64,000 nucleotides of DNA from Antedon mediterranea (taxonomy: Eukaryota; Animalia; Echinodermata). The DNA lies in contig NC_092676.1 in the NCBI RefSeq assembly GCF_964355755.1, forward strand, positions 7,603,888 to 7,667,887. Direction: 5' to 3'. Made by a program: the position numbers and the translations under genes. The notes under the pieces were generated by a model, which was not told the DNA's origin, made no database searches, and saw only the letters and a list, made by a program, of their open reading frames with translations. Below, piece after piece: positions 26,001 through 38,600 of the stretch; position 1 is the stretch's first letter, and every line of letters begins with the position of its first letter.

Positions 26001-29000
26001 CGTTAAAAAACATAAAACATCCCACCATATATTCGCGTATCTCTTCCTATCAATATATATGCCTTGATCATATTATTCTAATTACACACTTGTATAATAA
26101 ATATTAATTACCTTTTCGGCTGTATATAATTAACTATTTCATCACTACTACTCGATTTAAACACAGACCGATCGAAATATGACATCATTAAACCAATAGA
26201 CTCTACAAAGAAAAAACTATATTATTTAATTTATTTTATATTTTACCGTATATAATATTGCATTTGTTTCTGTATATTTTTTTTTAAATAGTTAATTAAA
26301 AAGTGTTCTCACAGCGGGTGCCCTACCGTAGGTGCTGACCGGTCATGGGCGACCCATGTTGTTTTTTATTTTAATTTTTCTTTTGGACATCATTTTATTT
26401 TTTATGAATGTTGTCTAGCCTGGTATGTATGTACTGTACATTTTAATGGTTACACAACTTCTTGTGGTATTGGGAATAAACGTGATTCAATAGTCACATT
26501 CTTCTTAAAAGACTTTTTTCGAATCCTTACCGTCTTCTCCAATTCCATCAGACTTTAATCGAAGAAACGCTTTACCATTGTCTGCAATTCGTTTCGAATC
26601 ACTATCCTTACTTTGCACTTTACTATCTTCTTTGTAGAAATGAAACCATCGTTGATCACCATGTTCTAGAGTATGCATACTAACGGCTGAAAAGTAAGGT
26701 ATAATATGATAGTAATTTAAGTTAACCAATCAACAATGTTCCTCCTAATAGATTCAGAAGTAAAACAACTTTTTTTTAATGTTATTATGAGGATGGTCAA
26801 TGCTTGCCGAAATGGTTTATTATGTTGGTTACGAAGGCCTAGTTTACATAACACATTTTTAGTAAAACACAATGATCGTTACATTTTAAATTTTACTTTC
26901 AGTGCAAATTCTTAGTTTACTCTGATTTATCTTAATTATCAACCCTCCTCCTTAGTGAAATATTTTGCTGTTGTTTTTTAAAATAAAGACATAAAATACC
27001 GTTTGCGATAGTTTATCAAAAAAGGACACGGTACTGCAAACAGTTAATGTTAATCTCTCAAGAGATTCAAACAAAACACTATATAGAACTTGAAAGGCAA
27101 ACAAAATCTGTACTAAACCAGCCTGGTTATGGTAAAATAATATTTCCATAACAGGCCTATAGCTCTAAAAGAAGTGTGATGTGTACACATGGTAGTATGA
27201 CGTCATCGTGTCCATATATGGGCACATAACGTTTGATAGTGTAGAAGGAGTTTAAGAATAAAGTAGTTTTTGTTTTCCATTTAAAGATGTATTGTCCCTC
27301 TAAAAAAATAATTTTTCACAATTTTTTTGTTGAATATGCCATTTTAATATAACATAATAGTTAACCACTTTTACCAAAAATTAGATCGAAAACAAATTTA
27401 TTTACCTGAAAAAACTACCAGCCAATGGATTTTTGGTTGAATTTAATCATTTATTTTGTCATTTTATAAGTTAAAACAATTTTTTCCCCGTTTTTTTTCT
27501 ATGGAAGTAATTAACTTGATTAAAACTACAAAATAACCTATTCAAAGTCTGAATTCATCAATCTTAATTTTTTTTTGGGGGGGGGGGGGAGGGGGGACAA
27601 TAAATCTTTAAGTAAGGCAAAAGTTTAAGTCTTAGTGCAATCCGTCTCAGATACGTAAGTCAGTTTGAATACACAATGTACCAATACAGTAACCCTAAGG
27701 CTATGTCTACACTATCAAACTATTTTTGTTTAAAGTGTGATGTGCACAAATATGGTAGTGATATGGCGTCATCATGTCTAAATATGGCCACATCACATTT
27801 ATTTTCACAAAGTTTCATAGTGTAGACAGAGCTTAAGCATCATCAACATATACAATCTACTCACCGACGTCAGCAGATTCATACGTAAATGAGGCGTTAA
27901 CTATAACATCTGGTGTTCTATCGAGAAAGATTTCCTCAACATTGGAAATAATTTCAAGCTGTGCTGCCAGAGCCTTAAAAAGGTAAAATATTGTATGTTA
28001 ATTAATATGGAAGCTACACTTTTGGAACAGTGGCACACTTTTGAAACAGTGGCACACTTTTGAAACAGTGGCACACTTTTGAAACAGTGACACACTTTCG
28101 GAACAGTGGCACAATTTTGGAAAAGTGGCACACTTTTGAAACAGTGACACACTTTTGGAACAGTGACACACTTTTGGAACAGTGGCACAATTTTGGAAAA
28201 GTGACACACTTTTGGAAAAGTGACACACTTTTGAAACAGTGACACACTTTTGGAACAGTGGCACAATTTTGGAAAAGTGACACACTTTTGAAACAGTGGC
28301 ATACTTTTGAAACAGTGGCACACTTTTGAAACAGTGGCACACTTTTGAAACAGTGGCACACTTTTGAAACAGTAGCACACTTTTGGAAAAGTGACACACT
28401 TTTGGAAAAGTGACACACTTTTGAAACAGTGACACACTTTTGGAACAGTGACACACTTTTGGAACAGTGGCACAATTTTGGAAAAGTGACACACTTTTGG
28501 AAAAGTGACACACTTTTGGAACAGTGACACACTTTTGGAACAGTGACACACTTTTGGAACAGTGGCACAATTTTGGAACAGTGGCACAATTTTGGAAAAG
28601 TAACACACTTTTGGAACAGTGACACACTTTTGGAACAGTGACACACTTTTGGAACAGTGACACACTTTTGGAAAAGTGACACACTTTTGGAACAGTGACA
28701 CACTTTTGGAACAGTGACACACTTTTGGAACAGTGGCACAATTTTGGAACAGTGACACACTTTTGGAACAGTGGCACAATTTTGGAACAGTGACACACTT
28801 TTGGAACAGTGACACACTTTTGGAACAGTGGCACAATTTTGGAACAGTGACACACTTTTGGAACAGTGGCACAATTTTGGAACAGTGGCACACTTTTGGA
28901 AAAGTGACACACTTTTGGAACAGTGACACACTTTTGGAACATTGGCACTTTTGTAACAGTGGCACAGTTTTGGAACAGTGGCACACTTTTTGAACAGTGG

Positions 29001-32000
29001 GACACTTTCAGAACAGTGTCACACTGTGGAACAGTGGCACACAGTGGAACAGTGGCACAGTTTGGTTCAACAAATTATATTTTTAATTATAAAAAAACAA
29101 ATTATTATTCTGAAAGGTTATGGTTAAACCAATCAATTTCGACAACATACAATAAAGGTTTTTCGCTTTATTTTAGGCTACGATTTTCACAAAGAGTACA
29201 CAAATTATTCCGACCTTTTTCTGTATCGGTTGAATGAGAGCTTCTGATATCAAAGTGGCGCCCTGTAAGTAATAAAAGCAAATCGTAATTTAGTAAATCC
29301 GGTAGGTGGTCACAAAAGAGAACTAGCTGAAACCGGGCTTAGCTTAGTCCAGATTTAGCTTAATTTAGGCTTAGCTTAGTCCAGGTCTAGCTTAGTCCAT
29401 CAAAAATGTATACCTACATGGAAAATGTCAATATATTTGAGGACACTTGAGGAAAAGTCAGAAACATAAACAAATATTTCATTCCATAAGTTAAAAAATG
29501 AAGCAGTATGATAGCAGACACCACATCGCGAAGATGTGCATTGGTATTTGTTGCAGCCAGATATAAGATCAAAGGACTGTTCGAGTTCCTTCTATCTCGG
29601 CAAGGCGAGCTCAGCGTGCTGCTGTTAGATTGCCTTGATTTAAGTTTATTGAGTTTTGGCGAGTTTTGTGACAACCTTAAGCTACCTTTGGAAACTTACA
29701 ACAACTTGGCTCTGTGACGATTCCTGATCAGGTGTTGCTGAATTATCTTCCAAAAGAACATCTAAAGTTAAAAGTAAAGTTGTTTCTTCCTCTTCGCCCA
29801 GTTTTCGTCCATCTAGATTCTCTACGGCTATAATGCTTATTTCGACAATAAGATCCACTTCATCACCAGTTATATTTTCAAAATTCTTAAAAATAACAGA
29901 GATAGTATTTAAATAAGTGTTGCGGTACGTCGTATTTCAAAAAAGAAAATAAAGTAAAGTTGGAAATGTCTCAGCGTTTCTAGATTAACAGATATAATTA
30001 TTGAATGCAATAATATGATCACATGTTATATAAAACAACATCTTTTTAGTTAATTTTACTTCATAATATAATATATAATACCTTACGTAAATGTATACTA
30101 TTTGTTTTAATTGATTTTCTTCATTGGTTTTCTAGAAACTTCTGAATAAAGACTAAAGCTAAATATACTGCATTGTGCCATTGTTTCAATTATACTTACT
30201 AAAGTTAGAAGGTAGTTGAACGTGTGTAAAAGCGTAATATAAAACTGACATGTCCCAACGTTGTAGTCGTCATCAATTGATGTGTAATTAACTAGAGTTG
30301 TGTTGACGGGAAACTCGTCATAAGGCTGATGTGACGCAGTAACCAATGGACGAACTCCTGAGTTGTCTGTCGTATTGGGTACAAGCCAACTAGGGTTGCC
30401 GTAATCCGCCGTGTCATCAACAAAGTATATAAAGTCCACTGGACAATCGATGAAATACGGAGGTTCCTCATCTGGAATATGATAAATATTTCAGTAATAA
30501 TGGAATTAATAACGACAAAGGTTGTTTGCCATGTTTGAGACGATGTTGAGATATAACTTGTTCTAACCTTAATCTGGTACTTACCAATAACTACAACTGT
30601 GAAATTACATTCTGCCTTATTTTGAAAATTATCTGTAGCCATGTATGATACGCCAGTGAGGCCTAAAAGTAGAATGTCTCCTGGTTTGTAGTTTGATACT
30701 ACAGTTGGGCTATATCCAGAGTCATCAATTGCTGTAGGTACATGCCATGAAATATTTACATCTGGTCTCCGATAGTCAGTAGTTACAATGACGTCATCGG
30801 AACAATTGTGCCATACAGGAGGTGCTATATCTACACGAAAAGAAGTAACTTTATAGTTTATACATTGGTTTAAAAAAGGCAAGATGCCGAGCTTAGTTAG
30901 ATCAAAGGTTTTATGTGTGGTTGCGACAAGTTCAATTTCATGCCTCTCTGCTTTCTCAATGTTTGGTTATCAAAAACCAGAGAATAATGTACAGAATGTG
31001 TTACAAATCAAATGACAAGGTCCTATTTTGGCAAGGCCACCTCAGAAACCTGTTGCTGTATTGCCATGGGGTGATGTTTTTGAAATGTTTAGTTATACGG
31101 TAATTCTAATCGTACATAAAACTATCTTGGTATTTCTACTTTCTATTTGAAAGTGGTAACTTTTTACAGTTCAGAAAACAAACAAAAACGTTACAGTAAG
31201 CCTACCTATTACTATTACACTAAATGAGCAATTTTCAAAGTTCTTTGCCCTATCAAATGCTTGATAGATGACCCAGGTCATCCCAATCGGAAAAACGTCA
31301 AAGGAGTTGTAGTTCGATGTTATGAGTTCAACCGTATGCGAGTTATCCTCCGCGGTTGGTTCAGACCAATTGGCTACAGCCGATGGACGGAAGAACATGG
31401 GGTTGAGCAGGATGTTCGACGGGCAAAATGTAAACACCGGCGATTCATTATCTAAGAAAAATTAGAACAACATATTACATTTTGTCATTACCAATGTCAT
31501 CGTTCTCAGTATCATCTTTTGTTACCATATCATCCTCACCATCAACGAATACTTACCAAACACGTGGAGATGGAAACTGCATAATACTTTGTTACCAGTC
31601 AAATCTTCAGACCAATAGTTTATTTCGTATACTCCAATTAAAAATGTATCACCCGGATCGTAATTGGAAGTTACATTCGGATCATGACCCGAGTTGTCTT
31701 CGGAAACTAGCGCCGACCACGTGACGACAGCAGACGGTAATCGATAATCAGTAGGATGACTAAAGTTTCCCGGACAATTTTGAAATGTTGGTTTTTCAGT
31801 ATCTGCATAAAACACAAAGGCAGTGTTAGTTTTGTAGATAGGGCTATAATATATATTTGTATTTGGTTAAAAGGTGCTACTCGAATATGCATATAATTAT
31901 TGAAGTATTAACAAAATATTCTACTTTATATTTTCCTCTAAATGAACTTACCATTTACGGTAACATTAAATGAGCAAGACGCAGTATTGTTGTGGTTATC

Positions 32001-32593
32001 AATAGCCATGTATTCAACAGTCGTTAGCCCTAATGTAAAATAATGTCCAGATACAAATGATGACGTCACAACCAAGTCGGTTAACGAGTTGTCCCAGACG
32101 ATAGGCTCTGTCCACTCGACAACTGCACCGTCCCGCCGGAACTCATTGGCAATGATTACCTCAGGTGCACACGTGATGAATTGTGGATTTTCATTATCTG
32201 TAAAAATATATAATAATATATATAATAATAATTGCTGCTGACTGAAATCCATCATGTGCCGTTTGAAACCCTTTGGGCCCACATGAACAGTGCATTATAC
32301 TATGAATTACCCTTTTAATCAGAGTCATTTAGTAATAACTTACCAAACACATATATTTTAAACGAACACGTGTTATTGTTCAAGAAACTGTCTGTAGCTG
32401 TGTATGTAACGGTGGAAATACCAATACCAAACAGTTCTCCAGGTTGGTTTGTACCTCTGACAATCGGTGCAATACCCGAATTATCAATGGCTGTAGACAC
32501 GTTCCACACTGCTATTTCGTCAAATTCATTTTCTCTTGTGCTCAAGTAAATATCACCTGGGCAATATGTAAATTGAGGTAGTTCATCATCTAA

Positions 32594-32628
<35 letters not shown>

Positions 32629-35600
32629 TAAAGAAAGTAAAAACAGTGTAATAAATAAAGTAGTTTTGAGTATGAGTTGGTCAAAGTGCACTCATGTGAT
32701 TCATATACAATCTAGTCTAGTGTCTAGCCGTATAAAAAGCATTGAATTAGTTGTGCAGTTAGGTTAGAGAGAAATTAAAAACAAAATTAGAGTAGACATA
32801 CCGTATATAGAAATATAGAACTCGCAGATGGCTTCATTTCTAGACTCATCTCTTGCTGTTAAAAATACCCGCGTTGATCCAACATCAAAAGCTGATCCGT
32901 TGTCACGATTCCACCAAGAGTCTATGTTTCCGAGACTGTTATCAAATAACACAACGTCGTTCCAAGTCGTATTTCGAGTTGGCTTTTGATAGTTCATTGG
33001 TAGTGATATGTCAGAAGGACAATTTGAAATTAATGGCGGTTCGGTATCTAAATTAGATAATAAATGGAATTAAAATGAAATGTTTATAAAGTTTGTGTCT
33101 AAAACTGATACAGTATACTTGGTTTAACTAAAAGGCAATTATAAGATGTTTATTTTCAAACTTACAGAAAGAACTGGAAAGATAATAATAACAAAAGAAA
33201 ATGAAAGAAAGGGAATGAAAAGAAACAAATAAAAAAAACAGAAAAATAAAAAAAAATGAAAGAAAAAAAGAAAAGAAAGAAAGAAAGAAAGAAAGAAAGA
33301 AAAAGAAAGGAAAGAAAGAAAGAAAAAGAAAGGAAAGGAAGAAAACAAAACGAAAGAAAAGGAAAGAAAGAAGGTAATGAAAGAAAAGAAACAAGTTCTA
33401 GAAAAGAAACAAGTTCTAAAACAGATTTTGGAAAGATAAGATATTCAAAACTTACCGATAATTTCAACTTCAAACGAGCACGTATCATTCGGGTTATTGT
33501 CGTTGTCAGTTGCCTTGTATACTACCACTGTTACTCCAAGACTAAATATATCACCAGGATTATAGTTGGACACAACATGGGGCTGGTTACCGCTGTTGTC
33601 TTGAGCTATTGGGTTTGGCCAGACGACAGAATGTGTTTGTAATCGTAGATCTGTACTGTTTGTGATGTTTCTAGGGCAGTACGTAAAATATGGAGATTCA
33701 GTGTCTACATTAAAAAAGTAAAACATTTTGTTTTTAAGGAATGATTGATTTTTACATACTGTACGTATAGGTTACTGTAAGATTTTAAAAATTAAGACAA
33801 AAAATGATAACTTGCCTAATACTGTTACAACAAAGGAGCAGTTTCCAATGTTGCCAAATGGATCAGTTCCATTGTAGTGAATCACGGTATCTCCAATATG
33901 GAACGCCGAGCCCGTCGTAATTGAGGCTGTTAAATTTACGTACAGTCCACTGTTGTCGGTTACTACTGGATCTGGAAATTCTACAATACCAGACGGTAAC
34001 CTGTATGTGTTTTCAACAGACGATACTTGTGGACAGGTAAGGACCGGTAACTCATCGTCTGTAAATAAAATAAAACAGAAACAATTGTTAAATAAATAAA
34101 TACTCAAGCTCTCAAAATAATAATGTGCCGCTCAGGAGAAACAGAAATAAACAGTACCATGTTGTTTAATTAATTAACACTGACAATGATTGTAACATAA
34201 AGCAATTTATACCAATTATTGAGATGTAAAATTCGCAAATAGCTTCGTTTCCCGATTCGTCTCTTGCTGTCAGGAATACGTATGTCGGACCAATAGCGAG
34301 TACAGAACCATTTTCAATGTTCCACCAAGAAGCTATATCTCCGAGACTGTTATCAAACAATACAACATCATTCCATGTCGTTTCTCTAGTTGGTAACCGA
34401 TAGTCTGTTGGCAGGGATGTGTTAGCTGGACAGTTTGAGATAACTGGAGGCTCAACATCTTCAAGTAGAAATTAAGAAAGAGAATACTGTAATAGATTCA
34501 TTCAAACAAGCTTAGAAAATACATCATCTAAACTCTGATTTAGGTCAATGATTTTGATTAAGTCAATTTTCAAAATAATTTTCAACATATTTTGTTTTTA
34601 AATTTTAGATAACGCAGCCTTCCATTCTAAAAAACAAATTGGTTTGATAAAGGATCAGTTTTTCACTTAAGTACGTTTTAACTATCTGAACTTGAGATGC
34701 CTTGCTTCAGTTATTGAATCTTTTTATTGAATGGATAAGTTAAGTAGGAATGTAACGTTATGTTGGTTAGTGGGCATCTTATCTTATAAATCCAAAAAGC
34801 ATTACATCTGAATGGCAATCATAATGTTTACAGCTATTAAAAATAATGGCAGGTCACAATCAAATTAAACCAACACACCGATAATATCAACTTCAAACGA
34901 GCACGTATCATTCGGGTTATTGTCGTTGTCAGTTGCCTTGTATACTACCACTGTGACTCCAAGACTAAATATATCACCAGGATTATAGTTGGACACAACA
35001 TGGGGCTGGTTACCGCTGTTGTCTTGAGCTATTGGGTTTGGCCAGACGACAGAATGTGTTTGTAATCGTAGATCTGTACTGTTTGTGATGTTTCCAGGGC
35101 AGTACGTAAAATATGGTGATTCCGTATCTGAAATATGTTGAATTATCATTATAAGTTTTGCTTTTATTTGTCTTTGAACTCAAACCAGCGTTACTATCTA
35201 CAAATGTGAAATTTGCATTTCATCATTGTTTATAGGCCTACCTAATAACACTGTAACATATTTAAAATTAACATTAATTAATCACCTTCAACTGTCACTA
35301 CAAAGGAGCAGTTACCGACGTTAGCAAATGGATCCGTCCCGATATACTCCACTACCGTCTGTCCAAGAGTAAAGTTTGAACCAGAAGAAATAGAGAATGT
35401 TAAGGTGACGTCAAGACCACTGTTGTCAGTCGCACCAGGATCTGCCCACGTGACGACGGCAGACGGCAAACGGTACGCATTTTGTACAGTTACTTCTGTA
35501 CAGGTTAATAAGGGAGATTCTTCATCTGTAAGAAAAAGAATGTGCGTCGGTAAATGGCGATGAAAATGCTTAATAGTTATCTAATAAATAAATAAATAAA

Positions 35601-38600
35601 TAAATGATCAGTTTAGATTCATTGTAGAATAACCAGTACTGTAAAATAGGCCTACCATAAACGTTTATGTAAAATTCGCACGCGGCGTCATTTCCCGATT
35701 CATCCCTTGCTGTTAAATTCACAACCGTTGATCCAATCTGAAACCCGAAATTTTTAGGAATGCTCCACCAAAAGTCAATTTCACCAAGACTGTTGTCATT
35801 GAGTGTCGCATCAGTCCATGTGGTTGCCCCTGTGGGCATGCGATGGTCCGTTGGAATGGTCTGGTTTCCTGGACAATTTGTTATTACTGGATTTTCATAA
35901 TCTGTAAATGAATTAGACAACTGTTTTATTAAAATTCTACCCAGTAAATGATATACAGTACCATAACAGAATTTTACTAGTAAATCTTTAGAAATAAATC
36001 AATGCTGTGTAACTTACCGATAATTTCAATTTGAAATGAGCAAGTTGTATTTGGGTTATTGTCGTTGTCTGTTGCCTTGTATGCTACCACTGTGACTCCA
36101 AGACTAAATAAATCACCAGGATTATAGTTGGACACAACATGGGGCTGGTTGCCGCTGTTGTCTTGAGCTATTGGGTTTGACCAGACGACAGAATGTGTTC
36201 GTAACCCTGGGTCGGAGCTGTTAGAAATATCTTCTGGACACAAGGTGAAATATGGTGATTCCGTATCTAAAAAGGTTTCAAATAATCTTTGCAAGTTAGT
36301 GGGTATTTCTCTTATTTGAGGCTTGAAAGAACATGTATATTATTACAATTCTTAAACTAGTTCAATAATTTGAATGACTCGCCTTCAACTGTTACAACAA
36401 AGGAGCAGTTACCAACGTTACCAAAGGGATCCGTCCCGTTATACTCCACTACCGTCTGTCCAAGATTAAAGTTTGAACCGGAAGGAATAGAGAATGCCAA
36501 TGTTACGTCAAGACCACTGTTGTCAGTCGCACCGGGATCTGCCCACGTGACGACGGCAGACGGTAAACGGAACGCATTTTGTACAGTTACATCTGGACAT
36601 GTTAATACTGGAGATTCTTCATCTGCAATAAAAAGAAAAGAATGTAGTCATATATATGTATATCATGGGGGTATACCTTCATGTGTATATCAACAATAGA
36701 GCTGAACCTCAAGGATCACTTTTAGCAAAAAAAAAGTCTTCAGGCCATATGTTAGTCTGGGTTCCAGACGGAGTTTTGACTTAATATTAGTAAAAAGATA
36801 AATATTTGGCACTTATGGCGTTTCACACGTATACTACTTGAGCTTGAAAACTCCCATTAAACTGTAAACTATTTTCAGGCAAAAGTCGAAACGTCGACCG
36901 GTGGACTAACATAAAAAAGAAAACAAATACATACTTGGGGAAAGGCTAGTTACATGTGTACTAATGTGTAAATTGCCTAAAATATACAATACAATAGTTT
37001 GTCCTTTTTTAATTACCATAAACGTTGATGTAAAAGTTGCACGTTTCTTCATTTTCCGATTCATCTCTTGCTGTTAACGTTACAGTAGTTAATCCAATCG
37101 GAAAATCGGTATTTTTTGGAATGCTCCACCAAAAGTCAATTTCACCAAGACTGTTGTCATTGAGTGTCGCATCAGTCCAAGTGGTTGCCCCTGTGGGCAT
37201 GCGATGGTCCGTTGGAATGGTCTGATTTCCCGGACAATTGATTATAATTGGAGCCTCATAATCTAGAAAGAGAGGACATTTTATACTAAACAATTTCAAT
37301 TTAATTTCTACATACACAACCTACAAGCATGTACATGGATGATGCATCCTTTAAGATTTAAGATATTTAAGCTAATAAGCATAACTTTAGACAAAATACA
37401 ACCGACACCCCACCCCAAAAAATCCGTTTGCTCATCAAGTTTGATCTTTAAATTAAATAAGATTAAACTAGAACGTATATTATTTCTGAAAACAGGATCA
37501 AAATAAAAGATAATTGACACACAAAATCTTTACAGAAAGAAATAAAGAAGAAGAATAATAAAGATTTTATACAATATCGTAACGATAGGTGATACTTTTA
37601 TTGTAGTTGATCACCTAAAAATTACATAAAATAAATTAGCAATATTTGATTACAAAACATTTCAAATCATCTATACTCAATCAAGATACATACCAATAAC
37701 TTCAATGTTAAATGAGCATGTTGTGTTTGGATTGTTGACATCATCTGTGGCCTTATACTCCACCGTCGTATTTCCAATGTTGAATACATCACCAGAATTA
37801 TAGTTGGACACAACATGAGGTTCGTTACCACTGTTGTCGCTGGCCACTGGATCTGTCCATTCAACAGCGTTATTCCATACTCCTGGATCGGCACTGTTTG
37901 AAATATCGTCCGGGCAAAATGTAAAATACGGTGACTCCGTATCTAAATAGTAATTGATTTTTTAAAGGGTATTATCAGTATAACTTTTACAGAAGTACTT
38001 GGTATTCAAATAAAGCTCTCATCAATATTAGGATCCCATCCTACTCCAAATTAATCAGTAAGCCTACAATGGCTTTGGCGCGCCTTACACCACCTGAAGT
38101 GCTCAGTTATTCGACTCACTTAAGCAAATAATAAAGAGATAAAACCCTTTTCGTTTAGACACTCAAAGAAACACTTTTCCGTAAACAAAGGAGAGGCAAT
38201 ACTGTAAGTTTTCACACTACAGTCAACCTAATTGAGAGGGTTACGTCGTTGTGTCCTGAAAGTGTCTCTTGTTCTACTGAAGTTAAACTAACCTTCCACT
38301 GTTACTGTAAATGTGCATGTTTCCATATTACCAAATGGGTCAGTTCCATTATACTCAATCAGAGTACTTCCAAGGACAAAGTTTGAACCAGATGGAATAG
38401 AGGAGGTTAACGTAACGTCAAGACCACTGTTGTCAGTCGCACCAGGGTCTGCCCATGTGACGACGGCAGACGGTAAACGAAAATCGTTTGGAGCGGTAAC
38501 ATCGGGACATGTCAGCACTGGCGGTTCATTATCTGTCGATCAAATAATAAAAACGTTTTTGAAGTTGGAAAATGTTTTATTAATGTCAAATGAATTGATT

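Noticed and set aside
27901-29237. Long Cys-rich ORFs (305-361 aa) in all three minus frames
   Set aside because: Products of a stop-free 19-bp minisatellite in an intron; there is no splice or codon evidence.
29414-29674. 86-aa minus-strand ORF inside the GAIN region
   Set aside because: The flanking exons (donor 29700, acceptor 29262) already join in phase 0, and the ORF has no recognisable motif. An alternative exon cannot be excluded.
33128-33642. Phe-rich and Lys/Glu-rich ORFs
   Set aside because: Low-complexity purine tract.
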